A stretch of 64,000 nucleotides of DNA from NCBI GenBank assembly GCA_051294375.1, contig CM119265.1:403305-467304 (forward strand), in the 5' to 3' direction. Of the stretch, positions 46,715-61,284 are shown piece after piece. How positions within the stretch are numbered: the first letter of the stretch is position 1; each line of letters opens with the position of its first letter. The DNA is from Paraspadella gotoi (lineage: Eukaryota > Animalia > Chaetognatha). Both the position numbers and the translations under genes were made by a program. The notes beneath the pieces are model-generated. The model was not told where the DNA came from, made no database searches, and saw nothing but the letters and a program-made list of their open reading frames with translations.

Positions 46715-48047
46715 CTTTTTTTTTACCTTAACTATTTCCCCTGCATGTTGACGACAAACATCCATGATTGCGTTAACTTTTTCGTTCATATTCATACTTG
46801 GATCCAAGAGAATGTCCTGAAATTTTTTTTGATACATTAAACAATACCTGATAATTCTTTGAATATTTGAATATTTTATGAAAAAAAAATAAGCTAAAAA
46901 ACTTGTTGTCTTTTTTTGTTTATCAATTTTATTTTGTTATTGGTAATGATTTCGTTCAAAGAATTCAGCAAAAAGAGCACTTTTTCAAATATTGCTTGAT
47001 TAATACGTGCAAAATTGATTGAATTTGAACCCAAATACAAACTGGGCTGGACCACTGATTGATTGAAACCATTTCCCACATTTTCTAATAAAGAATTAAA
47101 ATCATTTTTGCAAGTTTGAAGAAAAAAATGTCCATTTTTGTCCATTTTGACTTTTGTCTTGAGATTTGAATGCCAAGATGCTTTGAGAAATTTTTTTTAT
47201 TTCGGTTTTCAGGTCCTTTTTATCTTCCTTACCTGTGAGTCAGCTCATATTCAATTGAAAATCTATTGTTTGCCTTTGAATTTATTTTTAAATTCACTTG
47301 TAAAAAACTTTCCCCATTTTAGTTACCAATATTGTTAAAAAAATAATAGTTTGATTGACTGACAATTCTAAGCAAATATTCCTTATCAACTGATGTTCCA
47401 ATACCTAAAAAATTAGAAAAAAAATTTAAGTCAACTTTTAATTTGTGAGGTTTTTTGAGGTGAATTTTTTAAAACTAATTTTATAGTTTCATCAGATGAG
47501 AAACATACAAATGTTCAATATTTAAAAAAACCGCATTCTTTTAATGTCATGGGAAGCGTCAGGAAACCTTTTTCTCCCAATCGACANNNNNNNNNNNNNN
47601 NNNNNNNNNNNNNNNNNNNNNNNNNNNNNNNNNNNNNNNNNNNNNNNNNNNNNNNNNNNNNNNNNNNNNNNNNNNNNNNNNNNNNNCAAAATTCCCACTG
47701 TTTGACCTAATCAACTGCCAGAACCGGTCTTGATCCATCTTCCTCCATCAGCATCCTCGGCGGTGGTTCTGACAGTTGATATCCCGTCATTAATGTATTT
47801 ATTGTAAATATTTTTGAATTTTTGAAATTTTTGGGTTTTCGTTTTTAATTTTATAAAGCATTGGTTATTATTTGAGAACGAATTGAAACGAAGAGTCGGT
47901 CAAAGTCAGTCAATTTTAGAGATTTTAGAGATTTTACCCCATCCTAATAGTAATTTTAGTGTAATTTTTAAACATCATACTTTCAAACATTCAATTGACG
48001 ACAACAATTATGTTAAATATTATTTAAACCCATATATTCAAACAGCA

Positions 48048-48130
48048 GGGGATGTAGCCACTCGATTAGATCATCTCCAATTATTACTAATCAGAAATAG
48101 ATCTGTCCGCGCCAGGATTCGATCCTGGTT
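48048..48130 (+). pseudogene. Degenerate tRNA(Ala)-like/SINE head; noisier copy at 42688-42775
   Basis: Starts GGGGATGTAGC and has a CCAGG-ATTCGAT-CCTGG T-arm; the middle does not fold as a tRNA. Confidence 0.4.
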
Positions 48131-50575
48131 ATCGAGCTCTGGGACGCTTTGCTTTACAGCCCGTTGCCATCCAGACGGCTGAGAACTTTAGCTTTAAATC
48201 TTGAAGTAATAATTTTAAAAATCTAAAGAATCTTTTGTTTTCATCGATTCAAAGTCTCGATCAACTCGAGATGAATCTTTTAGAAAATATATTTTGTTAC
48301 TGATTGAAAACTGATTGTTTACTTTTATGATTGTTTGTTCTTTAACTCTCCACGCGAATACATTAAAACTAATGTCAACTTATTCACTCTTGTTTTGAAG
48401 TAATTTTAAACTTTTTGAAAAATATTTTGAAATTGCTTTAATAGAACATATTTTATATGATAGAACATTTTTCTATATGATAGAACATATTTTTTATGAT
48501 AGTCCTAACTATTAAAATAGTTGACAGTTTCGGTTAAAATTAAACCTGGTTAAACCAGTAACTCAATGGTTACAAAAATTTTAATTATTTTGTAGTTAAT
48601 TTCTTATATATAAAAATTATTATTGGTGACTGGACAAGTGAATTGAAAAAAATAATTTCTCTCTCACTTTTAAAGATTAATAAAACCGCAACAACATGCT
48701 CATGATAAAACCTTATGTCATGTATTAAAGATAAGTAAAACCGATTATATTATCAATTATAATTAAAAACTTATATTAAAAACTTGTCTTTTTCATCAAA
48801 ATGAATAGTAAATTTACCTTCAATAATGCTTAAAAATATTAAATACCAAAAAAAGGCATAAAGAATTTTTTGGAAAGAGTGATGAAACAGCTTCAAGATC
48901 TTATTTGACAAATTAGATTATGTACATTTAGTAAGGAACTGTATCAATTTAAATAAAGCATGTTTTTATCTAAAAGGCGTCAAAGATAGGTAAACCATAG
49001 AAAAAGATAGGTTTGGATTGGAAAGTTGTTTTTCTCGGTATAGCCCTTCAGATCGCTTTTTCTTGAACCCTTCTTTTAAATTAGATTACCAGCTACTGAG
49101 ACAGGATTTTTTCTTGGAGGCATGTGGCACCGTGCGGCCCCCGAATCTCTGGGAGGAGGATGAAGAGGAGGTGAATTAGAAGGAAAGCGGTAATAGACCA
49201 ACGTCGGTCTATCTCCTTTTATTCTGATATAAACAGGTTTTTTAGATTTTTATGGTTGAAAACAGGTTTAAATTCTTTGTTCAAGCTATATTTTATTTAG
49301 AAAAGTCAATGTAACCAGATTTCTTAGATATCACATTTTGTTATTTTTATATAATTTATTTTAATCTAATTGCTTTATAAAATCCATAGAACAGAAAAAT
49401 TGAGAAAGCAAATTTTTTTATTTTAATCCTGGGGTGTAGTATTATATCAAGTTCAAAAAATTAAGGGGGCATAAGAGGTCATATATCCTATTTTGTATTT
49501 ATGCTACGCGCTAATAAGCATGTCACCTTCAGTCATAACCCGGTGGCTCATTGAGTAAAGCCATCAGCGCATGACTACGAGGTACCGGATTCAATCCCAA
49601 CCCGGTATCTCCCCTGAGGGAAGCCTGAGGACGTCCAGAAGCCCCTTTGGGTTCTGGAAAACTTCACAGCCTGGTTCCAAGCCCAGGACCCGTTCCATGG
49701 CTGCTAGAGGGGTTAAGGAAGTTTTGGATAGCACTCTTTAGTCCACTTCGCGCCTTCAATATTTTCGGTCATTCAATTAAATCATTTCAGAACATCCAAT
49801 TATGCAAAAAATGATTTGTCTGTCTCTCTGTCCGTCCGTCCAGCTGTAAAACTAAATGGTTGGCTTATTGCAATGCCCGACTACAGATTACCTCCAAATT
49901 ATCGTGAGCAATCCGCAGATCCGAGCGGCATTGCTTGAAGTTAATCAATCTACTTTAAATTTCTAAAACGGAAGCTTTATTCAAACTCTTAACCAGATCC
50001 AACTTATACGTTTTAACTGAAAACTTAATCACCTTATATACTTAGTTTTAAAACTTCCTTTCCCATTCCATCCTATACCTTTTATCATATCCCATTCTAT
50101 CCTATCCCATTCTATCCTATCCCATCCCATTCTATCCTATGCCTTTCTATGTTATTCCTTTTTATCTTATCCACTCTGTCTTATTCCATTCTATCCTATC
50201 CCATCCTATCCTATCCCGTTTTATCCTATCCCATTCTATCCTATCTCATTCTATCCCATCTCAATCTTCCCTATCCCATTCTATTCTATCTCATTTCTAA
50301 CTAAAAGGTTTTTTGGAAAATATAGTAAATATGAGTAATTTCAAATTTAATTAAAATTAATTAAAAAATCAAAAATACCTTAACTTTGTCTAAACATTTT
50401 TATTGACTTAAAAAGAAAAGTTTTACTATATATTAATTTAAATACAAAATAATATTTTTCTTCATTGGTTTTAGTTTCATCCAACAGAAGAAATGATTCC
50501 TGGTAGAATAGTTTGGATGATTATCTTTAAACCGAAATCTCCAACAATCTGAAAAAAATGAGTATTTAATGCAAT

Positions 50576-51150
50576 AAACAAGTTTAAGCAAACAATGCCG
50601 GATCTGCCCACGATCATTAGCGGTAAGAAGCTGATCAGATAATTAATTTATTCATGTCAAAATCGTTTTCCACTTTGTCTCGCCTCTCAATCACAAAACA
50701 ACAATCTCGATCACAAAATTTAATTAATTAATTAATTAACTAATTAATTATTTAATTAATTGTAATTATTAATAATTAATTAATGCAGCTTGAATTTACA
50801 TTTAATATAAAAAATAAAAAAGCATAATCAAATGGTGAAATAGATTGTTTGTTTTTTCCTTTATTTCCAGCTCAGTCACACACTTTCCTACCCACACACA
50901 CAATTTCATTCCAATTCATCCATCATATCACGAATAATTGGTTTTTGTTGCTAAGGTGGGACGGACAAACAAACTGACAGACATACAGACAGACAGACAG
51001 ACGGACAGACTTTTTTTTTTGCATAATTTATCATAATTCAATATTCTGATATGATATATGTGAATGCCCAACAAGATTGGAGGGGCGGACCGACGGACCG
51101 ACAATGCGAATTATAGAGCTAAAATCTGCTGTAAGCAGATCCGGCTAAAA
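50576..51150 (-). mobile_element. DINE-1/HINE-like element
   Basis: Minus strand: T-run, subterminal IR GCCGGATCTGC with adjacent partial IR (ATCTGCT/AGCAGAT), (GTCY)n microsatellite, 3' GCAGATCCGGC, short GTTT..AAAC hairpin, T-run. Confidence 0.68.
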
Positions 51151-51504
51151 TTTTTTCTACGATAAAACTATAAAAAACAAAAAAACTAATTTAGTCACTT
51201 TTAATTTCTGTTTAAACATTACATTCATAAATAAAAAATGACAAAGCATTTATTAAAAGTTATATAATTGAAAGTTAATGAACATACAATATTAAACATC
51301 AACCCAAACAACTGATTGTATTGGATTTTTCAATTGATTTATTAAACAATATGTTTTTTATTTTTAATAACATAAATAAACTAAATTTTAAAGTTTCCAA
51401 TTTATTTATATCAATTGTTTAGGAAATAGTTTGTGTGTTAATTTCCTTCGTTTTGTTGTTTATGTAATTTAGAGAAAACTTTATCTCTCTCTCTCTTTTT
51501 CTCT

Positions 51505-51535
<31 letters not shown>

Positions 51536-51542
51536 ATCTCTC

Positions 51543-51576
<34 letters not shown>

Positions 51577-52819
51577 GACTCAATGTTAAGAGAAGAAATT
51601 GTCTGATTTTTCAAACGCTGATGAAGGCTTAGACATAAAACAAATCCAACTTTGTTTTTCTCTAAAAGGAAATAGTTTGAAATAAAAAAAATGTATTTGT
51701 TTACAAACAACGACTTTTTTTAAGAAACAAATAACAAAATGTTTCGAATTGTTTGAAAGAAGAAAGAAAGAAAGAAAATATGATACAATTGTTTATGAAA
51801 ATCACATTCAACAATTCTCACTATAAATTACTAAAAATTTGGGTTTAACTTATTTATGGATTTAACTATTTATTATGTTTAACTATTTAATTATGGATTT
51901 AACTTATTTATATTATGGATTTAACTTATTCTTTTTTTTACCTTAACTATTTCCCCTGCATGTTGACGACAAACATCCATGATTGCGTTAACTTTTTCGT
52001 TCATATTCATACTTGGATCCAAGAGAATGTCCTGAAATTTTTTTTGATACATTAAACAATACCTGATAATTCTTTGAATATTTGATATTTTTTAAAAAAA
52101 AATAAGCTAAAAAACTTGTTGTCTTTTTTTGTTTATCAATTTTATTTTGTTATTGGATGATTTCGTTCAAAGAATTCAGCAAAAGAGACACTTTTTCAAA
52201 TATTGCTATGATTATACGTGCAAATTGATTGAATTTGAACCAAATACAAACTGGGCTGGACCACTGATGATTGAAACATTTCCCACATTTTCTAATAAGA
52301 ATTAAAATCATTTTTGCAAGTTTGAAGAAAAAAAATGTCCATTTTGTTCCATTTGACCTTTTGCTTGAGATTTGAATGCCAAAGATGCTTTGAGAAAATT
52401 TTTTATTTCGGTTTTCAGGTCCTTTTTATCTTCCTTACCTGTGAGTCAGCTCATATTCAATTGAAAATCTATTGTTTGCCTTTGAATTTATTTTTAAATT
52501 CACTTTAAAAAATTCCCATTTTTAGTTTACAATTTGTTAAAAAAAAAATAGTTTGATTGACTGACAATTCTAAGCAAATATTCCTTATCAACTGATGTTC
52601 CAATACTAAAAAATTAGAAAAAAAAATTTAAGTCAACTTTTAATTTGTGATTTTTTGAGGTGAATTTTTAAAACTAATTTTATAGTTTCATCAGATGAGA
52701 AACATACAAATGTTCAATATTTAAAAAAACCGCATTCTTTTATGTCATGGGAAGCGTCAGGAAACCTTTTTCTCCCAATCGACACGTTTTTGTGGAAATC
52801 ATGAAATCATACTCTACCT

Positions 52820-53625
52820 ATTACTTATCAGCAGATTTCCGACTCTATAATTCACTTTGTCGGTCCGTCGGTCCACCCCCTCAAATTGTCGGGCACACAC
52901 TTATATCATGTCAGAACATCGAATTATGATAAATTATGCAAAAAAATGATTCCGTCCGTCTGTCCGTCCGTCCGTCCAACCTTAGAAAAAAACACCAATT
53001 ACTCTTGATTGATGGATGGATTGGAATGAAATTTTGTGTGTGGGTAGGGGAAGGTGGTGATTGAGCTGGATATGATGCGAATCTTCTGAGTGGAAATGAG
53101 TTTAAATGAAAAAAACCAAAAAAAATATATTTCACTATAAGAATACCAATTGCTCATGATTGGATAGGGCGATTGATTTGGAATTTTTTATGTTGGTAGG
53201 AAAGTGTTTGATCAAGCTGGAAATAAAGTTTCGATGGAATCGTTTGAGTGGAAATGAGTTGAAATGGAAAAAACAAAAAACCTGTTTCTCTAATTGATTA
53301 TGCTTCTTTTTCTTTTTATATTAAATGTAAATGTAGGATATATTATCTAATCAAATAATTAATCAGTGACTTAATCAATTAGTCAATTATTTAATAATTA
53401 ATTAATAAGTCAATCAATCAAGTCAATCGTTATTGGCATTATTCTCATCGTCGTTATTGCTTTTATTGTGGTTAGTGACGAAAAAACCTAAAAACAAACA
53501 TTTGGGATCAAATTAATTATTTGCCTAATTAATTAATTAATTAACTTGAATTAGTTATTTATTAATTAATTAATTACCGATAATGAATGTGGGCAGATCC
53601 GACATTGTTTGCTCAAACTTGTTTT
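52820..53625 (+). mobile_element. DINE-1/HINE-like element; inverted copy at 56186-56982
   Basis: CTATAATTCACTTTGTCGGTCCGTCGG head, (GTCY)n, two ~160-bp cores, 3' GCAGATCCGACATTGTTTGCTCAAACTTGTTT. Confidence 0.65.
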
Positions 53626-55057
53626 TCTTACAATACATTTTAAAGAATTTTAAGAGAAAAGAAAAGATAGGAAATAGGGAAGAAAGAGAATCAGAGAGGG
53701 AGAGAAAAGAAGAGATAAAGAGGAAGGAAAAAAAGGTATAGGAAGAGAAATATGAGGGCAGAAAAGTATATCTAAAAAACGACATAACTCTTACGAGCAA
53801 TTTATTCTTTAAAAGCTGCTCTTACCATAAACAAGTTTGAGCTAACAATGTCGGATCTGCCCACGATCATTATCGATTTTCAAAGCATCTTGGCATTCAA
53901 ATCTCAAGACAAAAGTCAAAATAGACAAAAATGGACATTTATTTTTCTTAAAACTTGCAAAAATGATATTAATTCTTGATTAGAAAATGTGGGAAATGGT
54001 TTCTATCAATCAGNNNNNNNNNNNNNNNNNNNNNNNNNTGGTCCAGCCCAGCTTTGTATTTGAGTTCGATTGTCGTAAAAAAATCTGTCATACCGTATTG
54101 AAACATAGAAATTTCCCATAGTGATTTCTATGTTATGAGGAGAAGATAACTCAAGCCAACCGTTTTTAATGAAGAATTTTATATTTATCCGTGAAACAAA
54201 AGAAATAATAATTATTTATGTTCCAATCATTGTGAAAATACCGAATCAAAATCACAGCCTACTGTTTATTATTAACAGAATTTTTTTGTTTTTTTTTCCT
54301 CTGCCTAATCATGAAGAAACATTCTAGCCTGATTAAGCTAAAAATTAGCCTAAGTAATCATCTGATTATCTCTATAAGTAAATCGAAACTTAAATAGTAT
54401 TTTATTATTTTTATACGATAAATATGCTTTTTTTATTCGTTGAGTAAACCACATTAAGAATAATTCATAAATCAATTCAAGTAAATAAAAAATGAAGCAA
54501 ATGTAATATTCACTCACATTTTCTCTTGAAGATAGGCCTCAATTCTGAAGTGATGCAACCGACTCCAGGAATGGGAGATCAAGAATTCCAAATGTCTACT
54601 CAATCCAAAATATTCTACCTTGCAAACTTCTCAAGTTTTTTAAAAAACTCAGTCAGTGAATTTACAAGCTACCCATGTTCTCTTCGTGAGCAAATAAATT
54701 AGATATGAGCGAGCAGATTCTCATGCTTTACCTGGATCTTCTCTACTTTGTGCGTACTCTAACATCTATGACTAACTGCGTCTCCTCATACTGGTCTTGC
54801 TGCTCTCTCTTATCTGCTCACTCATCGCAGTCTCTTTATCTCTCTCTTATCCCCTTTCTTGTTAATCCGCCTTTTACGAGATGCAAAATACTACGGCGGC
54901 TCTCAGTAAGGCTGTCAACTTCTGCACCAATCTCTAATGTGAACCTCTTTTCTCCACCCCGGTTACACCTTTCTGGTTGTCTGATGGAGTTGTGTTTGAG
55001 AGAGATGCCTTGGGCACACTACCAATTCACTCTAATGCGTAAAGACAGGGTTAAAGA

Positions 55058-55140
55058 AGAGAGATAGAATGGAGAGAGAGAGAAGAGAGAAGAAAAGACA
55101 GAGAGAGAGAAGAGCAGAGAGAGAGAGAGAGAGAGAGACA
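55058..55140 (+). repeat. (GA)n microsatellite
   Basis: Direct reading. Confidence 0.85.
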
Positions 55141-58100
55141 TAAAGCAATTCTTCTTTTCTTTCCAAACGGAAAACTGAATTCTGGAAGAATTGAGAATTT
55201 AAGTATTTGGATTTGAGTGAATTTGGAATCTGATCTCATTCCTGGATCGGTGACATCAATTCAGAAATTGGGCCTATCACAAGAGAAATCGTGATTTCAT
55301 GAGTGAATATTAAATTTTGCTTCATTTTTATTTAACTTGATTGATTAAATTGAATATTCTAAGATGTTTAACTCAACGAAATAAAAAAAAGCATATATTC
55401 TCGTATAAAAAATAATCCAAAAATAACCTAATTTTTAAGTTTAGAATTTATTATAGAATAATAGATGATTACTTAGGGCTAAATTTTGCTTAATCAGGCT
55501 CCAGAATGTTTCTTCATGATAGGCAGGAAAAAAACCAAAAAAATACTGTAATAATAAACAGTAGGCTGTGATTTTGATTCGGGTTATTTTCAAACAATGA
55601 AATTGAACAATAAAATTATTATTTCTTTGTTCTCACGGAAAATATGAAAATAAAATTCTTCATTAAAAAAACGGTTTGCTTGAGTTATCTTCTCCTCATT
55701 AACATAGAAATCACTATGGGAATTTCTATGCTTTCAAAATACGGTATGACATGATTTCTTTTACGACAATCGAACCCAAATACAAAACTGGGCTGGACCA
55801 CTGATTGAAGAAACCATTTCCCACATTTTCTAATCAAGAATTAATTATCATTTTTGCAAGTTTTAAGAAAAATAAATGTCCATTTTTGTCTATTTGACTT
55901 TTGTCTTGAATTTGAATGCCAAGATGCTTGAAAATCGATAATGATCGTCGGCAGATCCGGACATTGTTAGCTCAAACTTGTTTTATGGTAAGAGCAGCTT
56001 TAAAGAATAAATTGCTCGTAAGAGTTATGTCGTTTTTTAGATATACTTTTCTTGCCCTCATATTTTCTCTTCCTATACCTTTTTTCCTTCCTCTTTATCT
56101 CTTCTTTTCTCTCCCTCTCTGATTCTCTTTCTTCCCTATTTCCTATCTTTTCTTTTTCTCTTAAATTCTTTAAATGTATTGTAAGAAAAACAAGTTTGAG
56201 CAAACAATGTCGGATCTGCCCACATTCATTATCGGTAATTAATTAATTAATAAATAACTAATTCAAGTTAATAATTAATTAATTAGGCAAATAATTAATT
56301 TGATCCCAAATGTGTTTTTAGGTTTTTTCGTCACTAACCACAATAAAAGCAATAACGACGATGAGAATAAGCCAATAACGATTGACTTGATTGATTGACT
56401 TATTAATTAATTATTAAATAATTGACTAATTGATTAGTCCCTGATTAATTATTGATTAATAATATATCCTTACATTTACATTTAATATAAAAGGAAAAAG
56501 AAGCATAATCAATTAGCAGAAACAGGTTTTTTGTTTTTTCCATTTCAACTCATTTCCACTCAAACATTCCATCGAAACTTTATTTCCAGCTTGATCAAAA
56601 CACTTTCCTACCAACATAAAAAATTCCAAAATCAATCGCCCTATCCAATCATGAGCAATTGTATTCATAAGTGAAATGGATATTTTTTGTGTTTTTTCAT
56701 TAAACTCATTTCCACTCAGAAGATTACCATCATATCCAGCTCAATCACACACTTCCCTACCCACACACAAAATTCATTCCAAATCCATCCATCCAATCAC
56801 GAGTAATTGGTGTTTTTTTCTAAGGTTGGACGGCGGACGGACAGACGACGGACATCATTTTTTTGCATTAATTTACATAATTCGATGTTCTGACATGATA
56901 TAAGTGTGTGCCCGACAATATTGAGGGGTGGACCGACGGACCGACAAAGTGAATTATAGAGTCGGAATCTGCTGATAAGTAATAGTAGAGTAATTGATTT
57001 CATATCCACAAAAACGTGTCGATGGGAGAAAAAGGTTTCCTGACGCTTCCCATGACATTAAAAGAATGCGGTTTTTTAAATATTGAACATTTGTATGTTC
57101 TCATCTGATGAAAATATAAAATTAGTTTTAAAAACACCTCAAAAAACCTCACAAATTAAAGTTGACTGTAAATTTTCTAAGTTGGAGATTGGAACATTCA
57201 GTGTGAAAGGAATATTTGGCTTTAGAATTGTCGCAGTCAATCAAACTATTTTGGTAACAAATTGGTAAACTAAAAAGGGAATTTACAGAATTTAAAATAA
57301 ATTCAAAGGCAAACAATAGATTTCAATTGAATATGAGCTGACCACAGGAAGGAAGATAAAAAGGACCTGAAAACCGAAAATAAAAATTGCTCAAAGCATG
57401 CTTGGGCAGGCAAAGCGCAAACAAAAGTCAAAATGTGACAAAAATGGACATTTTTTCTTCAGCTTGCAAAAACGGGCAAAAAAGAGAAGTGCCGGATGAG
57501 GAGAAGATAACTCTAGCCAACCGTTTTTTTAATGAAGAATTTTTTATATTTATCCGTGAGAACAAAAGAAATAATAATTATTTATNNNNNNNNNNNNNNN
57601 NNNNNNNNNNTATACCTGAGATAAATAAACAAACTTTCCAATCCACAAACCTACTCTTTTTCTCTATGCGTCTACCTACTTTGACTCTCTCCTCCTCTCT
57701 CTCTTTCTCTCACGTCCTATCTCTTCTCTGTTCTTTATCACTCCTCTCTTATTCATCACTCTCTCCATCTTCTATCTCATCTCTTTAACCCTTCTTTAGC
57801 CCTTTCATTAGCAGAGATTGGTGTTAGAGCCCAAACTGCGTCCGCTCCAACGACATCAACAGCACAAGATATCGTGCCAAAATTGTCAATCTTCATTCTT
57901 CCCGTCTCAATTCTGATTTTGTTTTTTTAAAAGAGCAAAAAATGAGAAAAAAAATTTTGATCTTTACCCTATACTTTGTTTAGGATTGACTGTACATTCT
58001 GTGATGTTCAGAGAAAGTTCCGCTATTCTTGTAAACTAAGTTTAAAATTTTTAGATATAATTTGTGTAATTATTATTTTATCATCAAATAAAAAAGTATA

Positions 58101-58774
58101 ATATCTTTAAAGTATATTTTACATAAAATCTTTCTTGTGGTTAAACATTATGAAAAAACTTTCAAGAGACTATATATTATTAAATAGTGACGGATTTTAC
58201 ACCTATATATAGAATTTTGAGTTAAGTAATAATTATATAAATTTTCAGAAGTCTGCATCATATGCATCATCCGCACTGTAATATCGCCTAATCTATCTTA
58301 CGCCATAACAAATCAAAAAGATATCTTTTGTTCGATTTTTCCTAGAAAAACAAAAAAAGAATTCACAGTTCTCTAGATGTTACATCTGATTAACAAAAAT
58401 ATTGACAAAGGCCTTTTCACAATTTTTTTAATTTATAGAAGTTTGTGATAGTTTGAGCAAACAACGCCGGATCTGAACGCGGGCATTTTGCGGTAAGCAG
58501 CTAATCAGATGATAAATTATGAGTAATTATGCCATTTTTTTATTTGATATAACTCGCTAACAATTTTCATAATTTATAGTTTTTTCATCTGGTAGCTGTT
58601 TTAATTTTGGTGATAATGCAGATTTGTAGTTGTGTTTTTAATTGTAATAATTCTAATTCAACACGAAAAATAGGCAAAATTAAATAGTTAAGCGTAATTT
58701 TAGTTTTTCTTTTAATAATTGATTGATTAATTTATTGATATATTTTTTTTGATAAGATAATTGATTGAAAAATT

Positions 58775-58787
58775 AATTGATTGATTA

Positions 58788-58833
<46 letters not shown>

Positions 58834-58880
58834 AAATAGATTTATTGATTAATTGATAGATTAATTTATTGATTGATTAA
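58775..58880 (+). repeat. (GATT)n microsatellite
   Basis: Direct reading. Confidence 0.85.
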
Positions 58881-59060
58881 TTAACATTTTATATAAAAAG
58901 AAAAAAGTATAATCAAATTGTTTTTTCCACGTGAACTCAATTCCACTCGAACGATTCCATNNNNNNNNNNNNNNNNNNNNNNNNNNNNNNNNNNNNNNNN
59001 NNNNNNNNNNNNNNNNNNNNNNNNNNNNNNNNNNNNNNNNNNNNNNNNNNNNNNNNNNNN

Positions 59061-59755
59061 AATAAATATTTAAAAGCTTCAGTGCAACAACTCGATGAAC
59101 TAATTCAAAAAGTTAGATTGAAAATCGATTTAGTAGTAAAAGGAAAAAACTTTTTTTTAAAGAGAATGAGAAGTTATTAAAAAGTGTTCAATTTTGGCCT
59201 GCCTTACTAGATATTAGGCCGGAACAGGTTGAAAACTAGAAGTTCTTTCAAATAAATAATGGTTAAGCGACTATTAAATAATATGAAAATGAAAATAATT
59301 TTTAAAATGTTGCTAATCAATTTTTTTTATAGATTCTGATAGAGCTTTAAAAGTTAGATAAAGGTTATTAAAACAACTTTTTTAAATTTTTTTATTTTAT
59401 TAATAAAAAATTTAAAAAAATAAAATTCAGCCAATAATGATGATGATGATGATTTTTTAAGGTTTTTTCTATTTTTAACCAGTTTATTGTCAAAATTTAA
59501 AAAAATTATAGTACTAACTTTCATTTAGCTTTTTAAGCTCTACAAGAACCCGTTCTTAAAAAAATCAAATTTTTAAAATTTTTTTTGTCATTTGTTATAT
59601 ATTAATAAATATTTAAAAGCTTCAGTGCAACAACCCAATGAACTAATTCAAAATGTTACATTGAAAATCGATTTAGTAGTAGAAGCAAAAAAGAAATTTT
59701 TTTGAGAGAACTAGAAGTTATAAAAAGTGTTCAGTTTGGCCCGCCTTACTAGATA
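59061..59755 (+). repeat. ~150-bp direct repeat (59061-59215 and 59603-59755), ~540-bp period
   Basis: AATAAATATTTAAAAGCTTCAGTGCAACAAC...GCCTTACTAGATAT occurs twice. Confidence 0.75.
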
Positions 59756-60129
59756 TATTGCATGTGATTAAACAATGTTATCGGAATAATAATTTTATCA
59801 ATTTTATGTATTTTGTAAAGTATTTTATTCAGTGAAATAAAATAACAACTTTTTTATTTGCTAATTTTTTATCTCGGACTCTCTCTCTCTCTCTTTGCAA
59901 TTGCGACGATCTTTATGCTCATTTTCTGCTCTCTCTCTCTCTCTCTCTCTCTTTGCAATTGCGATGATCCTTATGCTTTTAGGATTTTTTTAACTTGCAT
60001 CATTTTTCTTCTTGCATCATTTTTTCAACTTGCATAATTTTTTTAATTGCATCATTTTTTCACATTAATTAATTAATTAATTAAAATTTATTAGTAATCA
60101 TAAATTAGTAATCATAAATAATAAAGATT

Positions 60130-61284
60130 CAAGTAAATGTGACTTATGTTTTTCATTTAAAACTCATTTCCACTGGCAAGCAATTCCGTCAAAACTTTAT
60201 ATCTAGCTTCTTTCTTCACACCACTTCCTACCCGCTGCACAAAATTTTATCTCAATCTATTATGGGTTAAATATAAGTAAAAAGATTTCAATTATATGTG
60301 ACACATATTTTTTTCATTTAAAACTCATTTCCACTCGTACGTTTCCACCGAAACATTATATCAAGCATCGTTACAACATTTTCTACCCACACAAAAAATT
60401 TGAACTCAATCTATCCATCCAATTATGATTAATTAGAGTAACTTATTGGTTAAAATAAGTAAAAATATTTTAGTAAATGCGACTTATGTTTTTTTCCACT
60501 TAAACTCATTTCCACTCACACGATTCCGTCAAAACTTTATATCTCAGCTTTATCACACACTTTCCTACCCACACAACAAAATTTCATTACCAATTGCAAC
60601 CAGCGCAATCACGAGTTATTGGAGCTTTTGCTAAGGTGGGACGGATTGATTGACTGATTAATTAATTATTCGAATAATTGACTAATTTGATTAATTAAAC
60701 TGATTAATTATTTGATTTATTAAATACATTCCTGCATATTACATTCAATTTAAAAAGAAAAAAGAATCCACTAATCAATTTAGTAAAACAGGTTTTTTTT
60801 GTTTTTTTCCATTTAAACACTCATGTTTCCATTCAAAAGAATTTCCATCGAAACTTGGTTTCCTGTTCAATCACACACTTTTCTTAACTCACATACAAAT
60901 TCAGGTCAATCGCCCCATCCACTCATGAGCAATTGGTGTTCAATAATGTTAATTATATTTTTTTTGTTTTTTCCGATTTAAACTCATTTTCCACTAGGAC
61001 GATTCCATCGAAAACTTTGTATCCAGCTCAATCAACACACTTCCTACCCACACACAAAATTCTATTCAAAATCCATCCATCCAATCACGAGTAATTGGTG
61101 TTTTTTGCTAAGGTGGGACGGACGGACGGACAGATGGATGACATCTTTTTTTTGCATAATTTATCAATATTCGATGTTCTGACATGATATAAGTAAGTGC
61201 CCGACAATATTGAGGGGGCTAGACCGACGGACAGACAAAGTGAATTATAGAGATAAGAGATAAGAGATAAGCAGATCCGACTAA
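60130..61284 (-). mobile_element. DINE-1/HINE-like element with tandemly amplified ~160-180-bp core
   Basis: 5' end TTAGTCGGATCTGC at 61284; (GTCY)n; AAACTCATTTCCACT core recurring at ~60160, 60320, 60502, 60817 and 60980. Confidence 0.62.

Larger units (their letters stand above)
42318..52785 (+). repeat. ~5.2-kb direct duplication of telomere-adjacent sequence (42318-47586 and 47687-52785) around a 100-N gap
   Basis: Both units start AAATTCCCA..TGTTTGACCTAATCAACTGC and end TCTCCCAATCGACA; long identical stretches. Confidence 0.93.
52311..57472. repeat. ~5.2-kb palindrome (two ~2.6-kb inverted arms centred near 54900)
   Basis: 52741-52803 is the reverse complement of 57001-57060; 53581-53621 of 56191-56231; 54531-54612 of 55203-55278. 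Confidence 0.9.

Noticed and set aside
46725-47145. Possible small exons on the - strand (GHSLG motif, 83-aa ORF)
   Set aside because: Short and AT-rich, partly repeated elsewhere in the window, with no coherent gene model.
42318-52785. 5.2-kb tandem segmental duplication as a biological subtelomeric repeat
   Set aside because: The two units are separated by an exactly 100-N gap and differ mostly by indel-type noise, so overlapping contigs scaffolded in tandem are more likely.
52311-57870. Large palindrome as a real foldback element
   Set aside because: The pattern is forward-reverse-forward (57498-57585 repeats 54138-54220; ~57690-57870 mirrors 54980-55130) with a degraded centre and 25-N gaps, typical of a missed-adapter long-read chimera. 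Read support is needed.
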